64,000 nt of DNA from a virus. Its lineage: Duplodnaviria > Caudoviricetes. The position numbers were made by a program, and so were the translations under genes. The notes beneath the pieces are model-generated. The model ran no database searches. It saw only the letters and a program-made list of their open reading frames with translations, and was not told where the DNA came from. Location of the stretch: IMG/VR virus record IMGVR_UViG_3300024229_000651; one strand, written 5' to 3'. Numbering within the stretch: the stretch's first letter is position 1; each line of letters starts with the position of its first letter. This document shows positions 28,428 through 38,697 of the stretch, piece by piece.

Positions 28428-29477
28428 TTAACCCGGATTAAAATTATTCCAAAAATCTTGATTTTGCTCGGCTCTCAACGAGGATGTTTCTTTACCTGTT
28501 TCACTTGGAGCGAGGAAACCAGCAGAATAATTGATTAAGTGTTTATTTTCAGCGGTCGTCTTGCCTGCAACTGATCCTCCTGGAATATCTTCACCTAGAT
28601 CTTCGTCGGTGCCAGCTGATGTACGCAGTCTTTCCCAAATTCCCTGACTAAAATTACCCCATCGCTTCATATCATCTTCGGGTATAAAGCTGTTAATGTT
28701 TGGATCAATGCTGAAACTTTCGTAACTGATTTCCATCTGTATTGTTATAGGCTGAGAAGAAGAATAATCTAAACTGTCTACTTTAAAACTTGTAACTATA
28801 GGATTAAACATTGTATACCGCACATAGCGTTGAGCATGATAAACTAGTAAGTCTATATGAGTTAAGAAATTACGTTCTGCGCCTGGTCTAATATTTAACC
28901 CGTTATTATTTTCGTTCCAAATTTGAGTGAAGCCACTCATTGTATCAGCTGTTGCACTACCTGTAGTTAATTTCTCAGGAACAACATCATATGGACGTAT
29001 CTTAGGTATCGATGTTCCGTCAGACTGAGTTTCAAACTTATTCATAGGATTCAAAAACATGTGTTGATACATTCTCATTAGTGTGATAACCCATGCACTG
29101 TCTATTGTGTCATAAACTGTGATACTAATAGGCTTATATTCGATACCGCTTACTGTAATACGTTTTTTATTATACTGATTATGGGTATCTGTTTGCATTT
29201 CGAACGACGGGAACTCTGCTGTTTTAACTAAACTGCTTAATCCATTTAGAAAATCTTTCGTTGCAGAACCACTCGGTATTGCATCATTAAAATAAAAATT
29301 AACAAGGCCTTGAAACTGCTGTCTTACTAAATTTTGATCAGGATTTAAATGTTTAGCGTTGTTTGCTGTACTTAAATAAGCACCTTGATCGCCGCCAATA
29401 CCATCTTCTATCTCAACCGATGTTCCGTTGAACGTTTCAAGTTGCGATTCGTATATTTGTTTTAATAATTTGCGCAT
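28428..29477 (-). CDS. Tail-tube-fold protein (gp48/gp54-like tube initiator)
   Basis: LVKTAEFPSF...YKPISITVYDT and LDYSSSQPITIQMEISYE resemble the gp19 fold; downstream of tube gene; GATAAATA ATAGT ATG. Confidence 0.55.
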   Translation of the reverse strand: MRKLLKQIYESQLETFNGTSVEIEDGIGGDQGAYLSTANNAKHLNPDQNLVRQQFQGLVNFYFNDAIPSGSATKDFLNGLSSLVKTAEFPSFEMQTDTHNQYNKKRITVSGIEYKPISITVYDTIDSAWVITLMRMYQHMFLNPMNKFETQSDGTSIPKIRPYDVVPEKLTTGSATADTMSGFTQIWNENNNGLNIRPGAERNFLTHIDLLVYHAQRYVRYTMFNPIVTSFKVDSLDYSSSQPITIQMEISYESFSIDPNINSFIPEDDMKRWGNFSQGIWERLRTSAGTDEDLGEDIPGGSVAGKTTAENKHLINYSAGFLAPSETGKETSSLRAEQNQDFWNNFNPG

Positions 29478-29495
29478 ACTATTATTTATCCTTTA

Positions 29496-29526
29496 TAAAA
29501 ACGAATAACCGCCTGGCGGCGGTTAT
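29496..29526 (-). terminator. Intrinsic terminator after tail tube gene
   Basis: ATAACCGCC/GGCGGTTAT 9-bp stem then TCGTTTTT on minus. Confidence 0.8.
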
Positions 29527-29570
29527 AAGTTATATAGGTGTTCCTAAAAAATACTATAAAATAAAGTATT

Positions 29571-30197
29571 TTATACGCCGTCTGCGCTTGGACCTTCGAA
29601 TGCGTTATCACCAGTACCGGACATATCTAATCCGCCACCTGAGCCAATTGCGCCTGCGCCTGCCTTGTGAATAGCATTGTCGTAACGTATGCTCAATGTA
29701 ATTTGAACTGGTTCGTTAGTTGCGTAATCACTGTCACTGTAATCAACGTTAGTCAAGAAGCAACCTTCTAATTCCCAAAATTCTAATTCATTTGCAGTTG
29801 AACCGTCTAGGATTTCAATTCGCATATCAAACTTGTAGTCTTCGCCCGCTAATGGAGCTGTTTGCTCTAAGTGGTTTAACTGACGCTGCTGTTGTGCACC
29901 AACAATTCTAGAAACGCTGTTGGTAACATCGTCACGTAGAACAATTTGAATCGCTTCCCAGGCATGCTTGCCTTGTACATATACACGTGAGTTGTAGCTG
30001 TGAATTTCTACTTCTTCATAACTAACTTTAGGTCGTGATACGTTTACAACATTTTGTGTAAATCTTCGCTGCCCTGCTTCGTCATCGCCGCCGAATCCGC
30101 TTAACATTGTTACACGGAATCTAAACTTTAGTTTAGGCATTAAAATGCCAGCTTCGCCTGCTACTACAGGAACACCAAATTTATCTTTAGTAGCCAT
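29571..30197 (-). CDS. gp19: Tail tube protein (gp19-like)
   Basis: FRFRV, YVQGKHAWE, WELEGCF, ITLSIRYD; follows sheath; GATAAATA 30248-30255, AGGAG SD. Confidence 0.88.
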   Translation of the reverse strand: MATKDKFGVPVVAGEAGILMPKLKFRFRVTMLSGFGGDDEAGQRRFTQNVVNVSRPKVSYEEVEIHSYNSRVYVQGKHAWEAIQIVLRDDVTNSVSRIVGAQQQRQLNHLEQTAPLAGEDYKFDMRIEILDGSTANELEFWELEGCFLTNVDYSDSDYATNEPVQITLSIRYDNAIHKAGAGAIGSGGGLDMSGTGDNAFEGPSADGV

Positions 30198-30297
30198 TTA
30201 TGTTATCTCCTAATTACTTTTTAAGTCTATAAGACTGTCGTTACTTTTATTTATCAAAACTGGCAGAAATTTGTTAAAAGGCACTTTAATTTGCCAA

Positions 30298-30322
30298 TAA
30301 AAAAGGGCGTTTCCGCCCTTTT
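30298..30322 (-). terminator. Intrinsic terminator after sheath gene
   Basis: AAAAGGGCG-GAAA-CGCCCTTTTTT on minus. Confidence 0.85.
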
Positions 30323-30339
30323 CTATAGTTCTTATATAA

Positions 30340-33126
30340 TTAAGAACCTGATGAACCCAATGTGTTCTGGACTCTGATTGGAATGTAGATAAACTCAACT
30401 GCCTTGACTGGCTGAATAGCAATGTCAATGTACAATTCGTTTCTATCGATTCTTGCTGGAGTGTTGTTTGTCGTATCACATACTGTGACAAAGTCAAACA
30501 AACCACGTTGAATAACAAGATTAGATAACAACCCGTCTACTACGTTCTTAGCTTTTGCTCTAGTCAATGCATCGTTTGGCTCAAACAAGAAAGGCTTAAC
30601 AACATCGTCTAGTCTTTCTCTGAGGTATACAATTAAACGTGCAACGTTAACTCTGTCCAACGCACTTGCTGTTGGGTTAAGAGTCTTTTGACCAAATACT
30701 GCAAGGCCTCTTCCTGGGAACTGTGCGATTGGGTTTACTTTATTCAAGTAAAGCGTGTCACGTTGCCCTTCGTTGAGTGTAACTGGAACATATTCGCCGC
30801 TATCTGCGTCAACATATCCTACACTTGTTGCATTTTGTACGATACCACGCTGGAAGCCAGCTGGTGCAAACCAAGGGAATGCAACCTGATCGTTGAATGC
30901 AAATGTGCGTAATGCAACATGACTAGGTGGTACTACAACATTTGTACCGTCTAAGTTAGTTGTCATTGCACTTGGGTAGTAAACAGCCGCATATGGAGAA
31001 CTTGATAGTAAGCCGTCTTCGCCGTTTTCACTAGCATTGTTAGCATTAGTTGCCCACGCTTGAACAGTAGTTGCAGAAGCATCTAGTCTCATTGGCGTAT
31101 CTGCAATAACAAATGCAGTATTACGTCTGTCGCCACTTAATGCAATCATCTCGTCAAGCAATTCTGGATAACCAGGTGCTGTGATCAAGTTAAACGCATT
31201 AATTTCACTTCTGATTGCATCGTTTTGAGTTATGATTGCTTGCATCTTAGTTTTAACTAAGTTGTGTACAGCCTTTCTCATGCCATGCATCTTACCATCT
31301 ACTTGGTTGCCGCTTGCGTCAACCCAAACGTTACCAACAGCTACACCGTTAGCAACATAATCAACTTGCCATTCTTTAACGTTGCCGCCGCTTGCTCGCT
31401 TGTTCCAGCCTAAAATACCTACTGGATACTTCTCTTTAGCAGGAGCATCTGCAGACAAGCTGCCGCCTTTAACTGCACGGAAGTCTTGGTATATAATACC
31501 GTCTGCTGTTACCTGGTCAGTACCGTCTACACCTACCCATGCGCTTGCGCTTGCAGAGTATCTGTAAATTTTAGGGAAGTTGTCCAAGTCGTCGCTGTCA
31601 AGCCATAACTCTCCACCAGCAAGTGGTGTAGTACCGTCACTTTGCTTACTAGGCTTAGTTGCAGTAACATTTAAATCAGCTGAAACACTCTGCCAACCAT
31701 TTGTTACATGGTTTTCCAACAAGTCAACATTAGCAAGAGCAACACTTGCATCATACCAGTACGTACCGGATGCTAATGTGCCAGCTGGCTTTGTTTTGCT
31801 TGCTTTGTAAGTTAAATCTGCCCAGTTAGTGAACAACACATCATCTGATGCGCCGCCGCTGCCTAAGCCAATACTACTTGGTCCAAATGCAGGGTCTGTG
31901 CTTAAAAGTTTAATATCATAACCTGAACTTGATGTCATAACAATGTTATCACTGTCGCCTTCAGATGCAACAACTTCTGTTACGCCTGCGCCTGATAGTG
32001 CACTGTTAATGTCAAAGATACTGTCGTCTACTGTAGATGCTGCAATTGTGCCGCTTACAGAAGCAGTAAAGTTAACTGGTGTTGTAACGCCTTTGTATAC
32101 AATAGACAACGTCTTAGCTGTAACATCTACTGTACCGTGTGCGCTACCAGTAGCAACTAAACTTGTGCTACCGTCATGCTTTCTAAATTCAATTGTTGCA
32201 GTGTCTTCACCGTGTATAGCGATTACATCGCCGGCAACAACATTTGTAATACCCATGTCGTCATATGCTGCATCACCGCTTGCGTATACTGGGCTTGCTA
32301 TGTTAGCGTATGCCTTAGTACTGCTGCTGAATGCTTTAACACGTAAATCCATGCCACTGTTTGGTGTAGTTGTTTGAATAAACACATCACCGTCTACTAG
32401 TGAGCTTGCGCCATCGCTTTGAAGAGTTGGTACTCTCAAGTGAGTTGCAAACTGGAAGTCGCCGCTTGTTGCAGCTGTCCAACTTGTAGAGCCAATTTCG
32501 TACCAGTCATCACTGAACTTTTCGAAGTACTTAATTTGCTCTGATGCATCGCCAGCGGATGTTTGTGCAACGATTGCGTAGTCGCCGTTTAAACCAAAGG
32601 ACTGCTTTGGTTCGCCTGTTACTCGAATATCGTTCTTTTCACAAACTTTTGCTGTTTTCTTAACCCATGCGCCAGACGCATACTCTCTAACACCATATCT
32701 AGAATCGTCAATGTCTACCCAATGTGCGCCATCTGCTGTTGCGCCGCTTGGTGATGTAGCTGATGCTTCTAGTTCACCTAAATCGATGTCTGCTCTTAAA
32801 ATCCACGCTCTGTTAGACAAACCCAAGAAACTATGAGCTGCTAATAGACCGTATTCGTTAAGGTCGTAACCGTTAAGTTGAGTGCTTCCGCTTGAATAAA
32901 ATAATGGATTACCATAATTTTGTAATAACTCGCGTTGGCTTGTTATTAATTTTACTTGTCCTGTTTCAGCACTAGTAGTAAATGCAGCAGTTCCTACGCC
33001 GTCAGGACTTGCTTTGTCCTGAGCCGTTGCAATAATGATTAAAGGAACTGTACCTGCACCAGCAGAGGCGTAAAACGACTCGTCTGTTACACTAATACTT
33101 ACGCCAGGTGATACTAATTCTGCCAT
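30340..33126 (-). CDS. gp18: Contractile tail sheath protein (gp18-like) with large insertion domains
   Basis: LVSPGVSI N-terminus; PWFAPAG, NPI..FPG, GQKT, DRVNVARL, FLFEPND, VKAVEFIYI; GATAAATA 33184-33191. Confidence 0.95.
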   Translation of the reverse strand: MAELVSPGVSISVTDESFYASAGAGTVPLIIIATAQDKASPDGVGTAAFTTSAETGQVKLITSQRELLQNYGNPLFYSSGSTQLNGYDLNEYGLLAAHSFLGLSNRAWILRADIDLGELEASATSPSGATADGAHWVDIDDSRYGVREYASGAWVKKTAKVCEKNDIRVTGEPKQSFGLNGDYAIVAQTSAGDASEQIKYFEKFSDDWYEIGSTSWTAATSGDFQFATHLRVPTLQSDGASSLVDGDVFIQTTTPNSGMDLRVKAFSSSTKAYANIASPVYASGDAAYDDMGITNVVAGDVIAIHGEDTATIEFRKHDGSTSLVATGSAHGTVDVTAKTLSIVYKGVTTPVNFTASVSGTIAASTVDDSIFDINSALSGAGVTEVVASEGDSDNIVMTSSSGYDIKLLSTDPAFGPSSIGLGSGGASDDVLFTNWADLTYKASKTKPAGTLASGTYWYDASVALANVDLLENHVTNGWQSVSADLNVTATKPSKQSDGTTPLAGGELWLDSDDLDNFPKIYRYSASASAWVGVDGTDQVTADGIIYQDFRAVKGGSLSADAPAKEKYPVGILGWNKRASGGNVKEWQVDYVANGVAVGNVWVDASGNQVDGKMHGMRKAVHNLVKTKMQAIITQNDAIRSEINAFNLITAPGYPELLDEMIALSGDRRNTAFVIADTPMRLDASATTVQAWATNANNASENGEDGLLSSSPYAAVYYPSAMTTNLDGTNVVVPPSHVALRTFAFNDQVAFPWFAPAGFQRGIVQNATSVGYVDADSGEYVPVTLNEGQRDTLYLNKVNPIAQFPGRGLAVFGQKTLNPTASALDRVNVARLIVYLRERLDDVVKPFLFEPNDALTRAKAKNVVDGLLSNLVIQRGLFDFVTVCDTTNNTPARIDRNELYIDIAIQPVKAVEFIYIPIRVQNTLGSSGS

Positions 33127-33266
33127 GTTATATCTCCTATCTAAATACTTTGTACCCTTGTTAACAATAGTATAGTATGTAGATATTTATCTAAAGTAGC
33201 GCAAAACCGTATTATTTAGAAAGGGGGTACAAGGTTTTTAGAAGTTTTTGATAAATAAACGATTTT

Positions 33267-33929
33267 TTAAATTGCCCGGAGCGATTTTTGAAATATCTCT
33301 GACTGTATCTTAGAAACTACATCAGAAAGATGCTCAATTGTAGTATTATTTTCAATTTCATAATCAAAATCGAATCCTATCCAATTCCATTCACTTGAGT
33401 GTACGTTACTAAACCTTGTATTCATGATATGTTTTGAAGGAACGTGGCCGTCGACATTAGCTTTATATGCATATTCGTACCATTCAGGTAACTCATTACG
33501 CTTGACATTAATCACTATGCCTCCTAAATCCTTGATAAGAGACAATTCATTTACAAATCTTGCATCACTAACTACAACACATTTCGATGTGTTCAATGCT
33601 TTTCTCATTCGATATTCCAAACTGCTTAACCAAATGTTCTCATTGAAATGTGTGCGCATGATGTCTGTGCCTATCAACTGCAAAGCAAGCCTGGGTGTAA
33701 AACTATCAATGCCTAGCTTCTTAGTCCAATATAAATCAGGTGTTTCTCGGAAGTCTCTGCTGTCAATAGTATCGCCTTCAAGCATTGCTCTATCCCAACC
33801 AAAAATGCTTGCACACATATCTTTCAAAGGTGCCGCAAAACTGTCCTGGGCGCAACCATGGGACTTTACAAACAGTTTTGCTACTGTGTCTTTACCCGAG
33901 CCAATTAATCCTGTAATTCCAATTATCAT
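33267..33929 (-). CDS. Deoxynucleoside monophosphate kinase (T4 gp1-like)
   Basis: GLIGSGKDT, SFAAPLK, PRLALQLIGTD, SDARFVNE, HSSE. Confidence 0.9.
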   Translation of the reverse strand: MIIGITGLIGSGKDTVAKLFVKSHGCAQDSFAAPLKDMCASIFGWDRAMLEGDTIDSRDFRETPDLYWTKKLGIDSFTPRLALQLIGTDIMRTHFNENIWLSSLEYRMRKALNTSKCVVVSDARFVNELSLIKDLGGIVINVKRNELPEWYEYAYKANVDGHVPSKHIMNTRFSNVHSSEWNWIGFDFDYEIENNTTIEHLSDVVSKIQSEIFQKSLRAI

Positions 33930-33973
33930 TGTGTATAGTCTCTGTATTAGGTGTATATTATTATTAGATGTAT

Positions 33974-34001
33974 ATTATATAGTATTGCTATAGTATGTCA
34001 A
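33974..34001 (-). promoter_or_regulatory. Sigma70-type promoter for dNMP kinase
   Basis: TTGACA-16-TATAAT. Confidence 0.7.
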
Positions 34002-34003
34002 GT

Positions 34004-34840
34004 TTATTTTAACAACTTACCTTCATTATGTAGTTGCTGTATATGATCGAACGAATATTTCTCCCAGTTACCATGTATTCTCATTGCTACCCTGGGCTGA
34101 GGTATAGGCGTCATATCTACTCTATGGAATTTCGATAGATTAATAATGTATGGTTTTTCAAAGCCTTCTTTTTTCGCCACTGTTGTAATATAATCGTGTT
34201 GATTTAGATCACTATGGCGCCAAAAACCCGATCGTCTATGCCTATACTGATATGCGGGTTTATCGTTAACCATGTGTACATAGTAAGGATCTGTGTCATA
34301 TGTTTTGTGTGTACGATAATACGCTTCGCCATTATCCCCTCCGATTTTATCCCATTGTAACACAGTATCAGACGGCTCTCCGAAAAAGGTTCCGGCGTTT
34401 TCTGTAGGGCCAAGCATTTTAAAATTTAATGAATAATTTATTCTACCGTAATGTGCGTTTACTCTGTCAGAATTTGTACGCATGTCGTCAGTAAAGCCTT
34501 CCTTATGAAACCAATTATCGTCACTGAAACATAGTAGCGTAGCAGGAAATGCATATCTTCCTGTCATACCTATAGGAACACTTCTAGGTAAAAATGGTAT
34601 AGCAAACGTATCGAGCATGTACTCTTGTAATCGCCGCTGTATAACTTTACTGTGTATCCAAGCCGCATTACCTATTTCACGCTCTGCAAAAATCCAGTAT
34701 AAATTAGCTGTACGTACAGCGCCGGTAGTGCGTTCTACTTGAGATATTACATCATAGTCCTGATCCGTGAAAAGATCATCTACAGTGAAAGGTAGTTCTA
34801 TGTCTAATTCTTGAAAGTAACCTGGGTGCGATTGTATCAT
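34004..34840 (-). CDS. Putative 2OG-Fe(II) oxygenase-like (DSBH) protein, paralog A
   Basis: WFHKEG...SLNF...YIINLSKFHRV...RVAMR. Confidence 0.5.
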   Translation of the reverse strand: MIQSHPGYFQELDIELPFTVDDLFTDQDYDVISQVERTTGAVRTANLYWIFAEREIGNAAWIHSKVIQRRLQEYMLDTFAIPFLPRSVPIGMTGRYAFPATLLCFSDDNWFHKEGFTDDMRTNSDRVNAHYGRINYSLNFKMLGPTENAGTFFGEPSDTVLQWDKIGGDNGEAYYRTHKTYDTDPYYVHMVNDKPAYQYRHRRSGFWRHSDLNQHDYITTVAKKEGFEKPYIINLSKFHRVDMTPIPQPRVAMRIHGNWEKYSFDHIQQLHNEGKLLK

Positions 34841-35508
34841 GATATCGCCGTACTTTTTATTAGTCGATTGTTGCTATGCATTTTTTGTATCTGCTTTACT
34901 GTTATATTATCAGCTACACATACAGATAACAAAATTCTAGATTTATCAGAATTTACATTGTACGACCTATGCAGACATGCAGTGTTGTAAAAAAACGGAG
35001 TATACAATGAATTGTGCAATTGTCCTATTACGTCAACATCGGTGTCTGGCACTATACCCGAAAAATGTTTTTCTATTTCGTCTGGTGGTACATCAATGTG
35101 CTTGTGTTCCCCCCATTGTGCTGATGTCACACCTTCTTGCCCTTGTATCATAAAATTCAATGCACATTGTCGGCCCTTAAGGAGTGGGCCTTCACTATGC
35201 CACGGGCCTATGCTATCAGGCTTTGTTCTAATATAAAATACGCCTGAAAACTTTAAATTAAATGTGTTGCGGCACCATGCAGTAAGTTCTTTCGCTGTAT
35301 CGGGATGAACCGTACTTGTTTCCCACGATGACTCGCGAGATGTTGTAATAAAATTTGTTCCTTGGGAGCTATCGAATCCAACACCAGACATCAAATCTAT
35401 TGCCTGCTGTTGTTGCTTTGTTACGTGGGGTTCTGTTTTGTTTCTTAAGGATACAGGCATTGCTAATTCCGGTGATTGCAAGAAGAGGTTTTCTGCCGAG
35501 TATCCCAT
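34837..35508 (-). CDS. Putative 2OG-Fe(II) oxygenase-like (DSBH) protein, paralog B
   Basis: PWHSEG...ALNF...FFYNTACLHRS...RILLS. Confidence 0.55.
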   Translation of the reverse strand: MGYSAENLFLQSPELAMPVSLRNKTEPHVTKQQQQAIDLMSGVGFDSSQGTNFITTSRESSWETSTVHPDTAKELTAWCRNTFNLKFSGVFYIRTKPDSIGPWHSEGPLLKGRQCALNFMIQGQEGVTSAQWGEHKHIDVPPDEIEKHFSGIVPDTDVDVIGQLHNSLYTPFFYNTACLHRSYNVNSDKSRILLSVCVADNITVKQIQKMHSNNRLIKSTAIS

Positions 35509-35517
35509 AAGTACCTC

Positions 35518-36285
35518 TTATCCTATAACAAATCCTAATGGAGAATTGCCTTCTTCCATGTTGTGTATTTCTGCAATCAGCGTTTCCATTTCAGACATTG
35601 CTTCTGTTTTTAATGCATCGCCGTTTAAAGTTACTGCGCCGCCGGGGCCAGGTAGGCCACTAGTAAACTTACTTCTAGCTTCTCCTAGCATAAACTTAGC
35701 TTGGGCTAAAGCAAAATTGGACAACCAAGGACTTGCATACACATCCGTTAATAATACTGATTCCGGAATGAAGTTATATGTGCCTACAGCAACATCCTCG
35801 CCGTGTCTAACATTACGTAATATTGTTAGCTCTTTGGTATTTCGATTATAAGTGAAATTATATTCGCTACCGAATATTCTACCTAATGTTTCTTTATACT
35901 GTGCAAAAGCATCAAATGTTGCTAGTCCACCTAACTGTCCGGCTTGTAGCATATACATGTTATTAAATGCCACATCAAACGGATCAAAGTTTGTGCCGCC
36001 GCCGCTGTTAGTACCTACACCACGTCGGTACAGTCGTTTAACGTCTATCACTTCGCTAGGTAACGTGTACTTAGTTACATCAGGTTGCGTCTGGATCCAG
36101 ACAATGCTTTCTTCTACAGACCCCGAACTAAGTTGTCTATACTTAGCCATTGCTTTGTTAATAGCAATGTCATAATGGTCTCTGTCTAATTCAACGTCAA
36201 CCATGCCGTCTCCTAATCGGAGTTTCAATTCTCTAATTAAGTCGTCCCGCGATCCGTAACCGCTACTATCTATTCTAGTGTTCAT
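35518..36285 (-). CDS. gp13: Neck protein (gp13-like)
   Basis: VDVEL, YTLPSEVI, ALAQAKFMLGEARSKF...LPGPGG.VTLNG, FVIG end; GATAAATA GTGTT ATG. Confidence 0.85.
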   Translation of the reverse strand: MNTRIDSSGYGSRDDLIRELKLRLGDGMVDVELDRDHYDIAINKAMAKYRQLSSGSVEESIVWIQTQPDVTKYTLPSEVIDVKRLYRRGVGTNSGGGTNFDPFDVAFNNMYMLQAGQLGGLATFDAFAQYKETLGRIFGSEYNFTYNRNTKELTILRNVRHGEDVAVGTYNFIPESVLLTDVYASPWLSNFALAQAKFMLGEARSKFTSGLPGPGGAVTLNGDALKTEAMSEMETLIAEIHNMEEGNSPLGFVIG

Positions 36286-36321
36286 AACACTATTTATCTT
36301 ATTCTGCTGTACTTGAAGGGA

Positions 36322-37455
36322 TTAAAAGGCTTTCAAAATTATAGTAGTATCGTTTAACCTGCCATTTAATTTAGTGTCTGTTGTTTTGATGTCGTCAAAC
36401 GCTTTTTGAAACTTTGTCCTGGCGTTGCCTTTAAAGGCTTTAATTTGATCTTGTGGTTTCCTTAACGTTTTTTGTATACTCTTAGTCTCATCAAAATCCT
36501 TAATTGTAGTGCCTTTTACAGTAAGTCCTGTTGCGAGGCCAGCTACACGATATACTCCTAGCTTTCGATTTTTAGTATTGTAAACCCAAACTTCGGCGGC
36601 ATCTACAACGTCTGTAGGATTAATACTTGCTATGCCTAGCTCGCTGTCGTTAATTTGGAACTTTAACTTTGATACTAACTTATCTCTACTAACTGCTTTA
36701 GGCTTCCTAGTCTTACGTTGTGCTTTTCCGGTGCTTATCATTGTGTCACAAGCAGTATTAATCTTTTCATAGAACGACAAATACTGTTTACGAAGTTTCG
36801 CACCCATGTACGAAAACGCTTCTTTAATCTCTTCATCTTGCCATTGTACTATTTCTAATGCTTCTTTGTGCTGACCTTCATACATGTCTTTTATAATTTT
36901 TGCATGTGCTGGTTTAATCACTCCACCATCATATGATCTCATATCTTTATACGGGTCGAATTTATCGACATCGTATTCGGCCCATAGAAGCTCGTCTATA
37001 AGACTTTCCCAAACACCACATAGCTCTGCTACTTGTTCACGCATTCGCTGTTGTATGCTTATTTTGGGCTTTGTAGGGGCCTTCTCTTCTTTCTCTTTCT
37101 CTTCAACAAGGTGTTCTGCTTTGGCTTTTAATTCTGGGATTGCTGATAATATGTACTGCCTAGCAGCATCTCTCATATAACCGCTTTTTTTCCAAATATA
37201 ACAATGTTTAGATAGAGAGCCGAACCAGCCGTCAGGAACTTTTTTAAGTTGCTTAACAGTTTCCTTGTCTAAGCCACTGTCAGCAACCAACCACTCTCTC
37301 AGTGCTTCTGCTTGTTTTTTGTCGCTAACTTCGTAGTGGACAAAATACTCGAACCCTCGTAGAATAGTTTCTATCTTGTCTTCCGGAGCAGTCTGGATCT
37401 CTTTCCACTTTGGCTCGGGCATCAAGTATATTTCTTTGCTTTTACGTTTTGGCAT
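36322..37455 (-). CDS. Hypothetical basic protein of a type seen in T4-like phages
   Basis: VWVYNTKNRKL...VKGTTI...KTLRKP...NGRLN pattern; consensus promoter upstream. Confidence 0.65.
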   Translation of the reverse strand: MPKRKSKEIYLMPEPKWKEIQTAPEDKIETILRGFEYFVHYEVSDKKQAEALREWLVADSGLDKETVKQLKKVPDGWFGSLSKHCYIWKKSGYMRDAARQYILSAIPELKAKAEHLVEEKEKEEKAPTKPKISIQQRMREQVAELCGVWESLIDELLWAEYDVDKFDPYKDMRSYDGGVIKPAHAKIIKDMYEGQHKEALEIVQWQDEEIKEAFSYMGAKLRKQYLSFYEKINTACDTMISTGKAQRKTRKPKAVSRDKLVSKLKFQINDSELGIASINPTDVVDAAEVWVYNTKNRKLGVYRVAGLATGLTVKGTTIKDFDETKSIQKTLRKPQDQIKAFKGNARTKFQKAFDDIKTTDTKLNGRLNDTTIILKAF

Positions 37456-37495
37456 TTCTCATTCCGTTTATAAAGACATTAATTATAAGGTAGTT

Positions 37496-37524
37496 ATTAT
37501 AAGTTCAGAAAAAAGTAATGTCAA
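37496..37524 (-). promoter_or_regulatory. Perfect sigma70 consensus promoter
   Basis: TTGACA-17-TATAAT. Confidence 0.8.
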
Positions 37525-37533
37525 CTGGTATTT

Positions 37534-37959
37534 TTACAGTCGTTTTGCTGTTAAACCAATCTTTGCCGACGATATGCGCTTGCTATCCTTATAAACTGCA
37601 CACTCGTAAAATAAATGGCTTCCTTTTTCTTTAACTAATTCCGCAGTGTATTTGAGTTTGTCTCCAGGAAAACAAGGTTCCCTAAATTTAACTTTATCCA
37701 CACTTGTCACGAATGTTATTATTTTAGTTAAATCGATGTCGCCACTAGGAAGATTTTTGGCTAAGTTTAAAGCATGCAGTCCAGCAGTTTGATTCATTCC
37801 TTCAATAAGATGCACTCCGGGCCATACCGGAATGTGGGGGAAGTGTCCTTTTAGTACAGGATGATCATGCGGAATAGTGTATACTGCTGTCACCATACCG
37901 GTAGAGAGAATATTATGTGTGTCTATAAATTTTATCGGGTCTTGATGAGGTAGATCCAT
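37534..37959 (-). CDS. fabZ: 3-hydroxyacyl-ACP dehydratase (FabZ/FabA hotdog fold)
   Basis: PHQDPIKFID, GHFPHIPVWPGVHLIEGMNQ, VKFREPCFPGD. Confidence 0.85.
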   Translation of the reverse strand: MDLPHQDPIKFIDTHNILSTGMVTAVYTIPHDHPVLKGHFPHIPVWPGVHLIEGMNQTAGLHALNLAKNLPSGDIDLTKIITFVTSVDKVKFREPCFPGDKLKYTAELVKEKGSHLFYECAVYKDSKRISSAKIGLTAKRL

Positions 37960-37971
37960 TATTTTTGCCTG

Positions 37972-38697
37972 TCAGTCAACAAATGCACGTTCTAACACAA
38001 AGTCGTTCGGTTCGCCTAAGTTACCTTCGATCCATCCAATGTCTTCGAAATAATCTCTACACTGATAATTCATTTCGGGGCCGCCGCATACCATAACTCT
38101 GTCAGTATCTTTGTTAAACCCACCGTTAGTAAATGAATCTACATGTTCCCATAGCCTACCTTTTCGTATATAGTCTTCTTGGGTGCAAGTGTCGTAATAT
38201 TTAAGTGGAAATGTGTCTGCTAGTTCTGCCATTAAGTCAGTATATGTGTGTTCGGTGTGCGTTCGAGTTGTATGAACTACAGTGACCGTTTTAAACTTTT
38301 CATATGTTTCAGGGTCTCTGATTATACTTAGGAACGGTGCAAGACCGGTTCCAGTTGACAACAGGTATAGATTATCTGCTTTGGTTAAATTATCAATCGT
38401 CAGTGTGCCCGTACACTTAGGCATGACTAATACATCGTCTCCGACTTTTAAATGCTGTAAACGACTTGTAAGAGGTCCGTCTGGTACCTTAATACTGAGG
38501 AACTCCAATTCATCTTCATAGTTTGCACTTGCAATACTGTATGCCCTAAGCACTGGGCGACTGCCTTCTTCTTCTGCCGGCAACCCAATCATGGCAAACT
38601 CGCCGTTTCGGAATCTAAAACTTTTATTTCTAGTAGTTTTAAAACTAAATGTTTTATCAGTCCAGTGGTGGACCCATGTAACTTTTTCATTAAGCAT
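37972..38697 (-). CDS. fpr: Ferredoxin-NADP+ reductase (bacterial subclass)
   Basis: RAYSIAS, GPLTSRL, TGTGLAPF, MVCGGPEM, ERAFVD. Confidence 0.93.
   Translation of the reverse strand: MLNEKVTWVHHWTDKTFSFKTTRNKSFRFRNGEFAMIGLPAEEEGSRPVLRAYSIASANYEDELEFLSIKVPDGPLTSRLQHLKVGDDVLVMPKCTGTLTIDNLTKADNLYLLSTGTGLAPFLSIIRDPETYEKFKTVTVVHTTRTHTEHTYTDLMAELADTFPLKYYDTCTQEDYIRKGRLWEHVDSFTNGGFNKDTDRVMVCGGPEMNYQCRDYFEDIGWIEGNLGEPNDFVLERAFVD

Noticed and set aside
658-33126. Inteins or group I introns in helicase, primase, uvsX, terL or sheath
   Set aside because: Enzyme lengths are normal, no Hint or LAGLIDADG motifs were seen, and frames are uninterrupted
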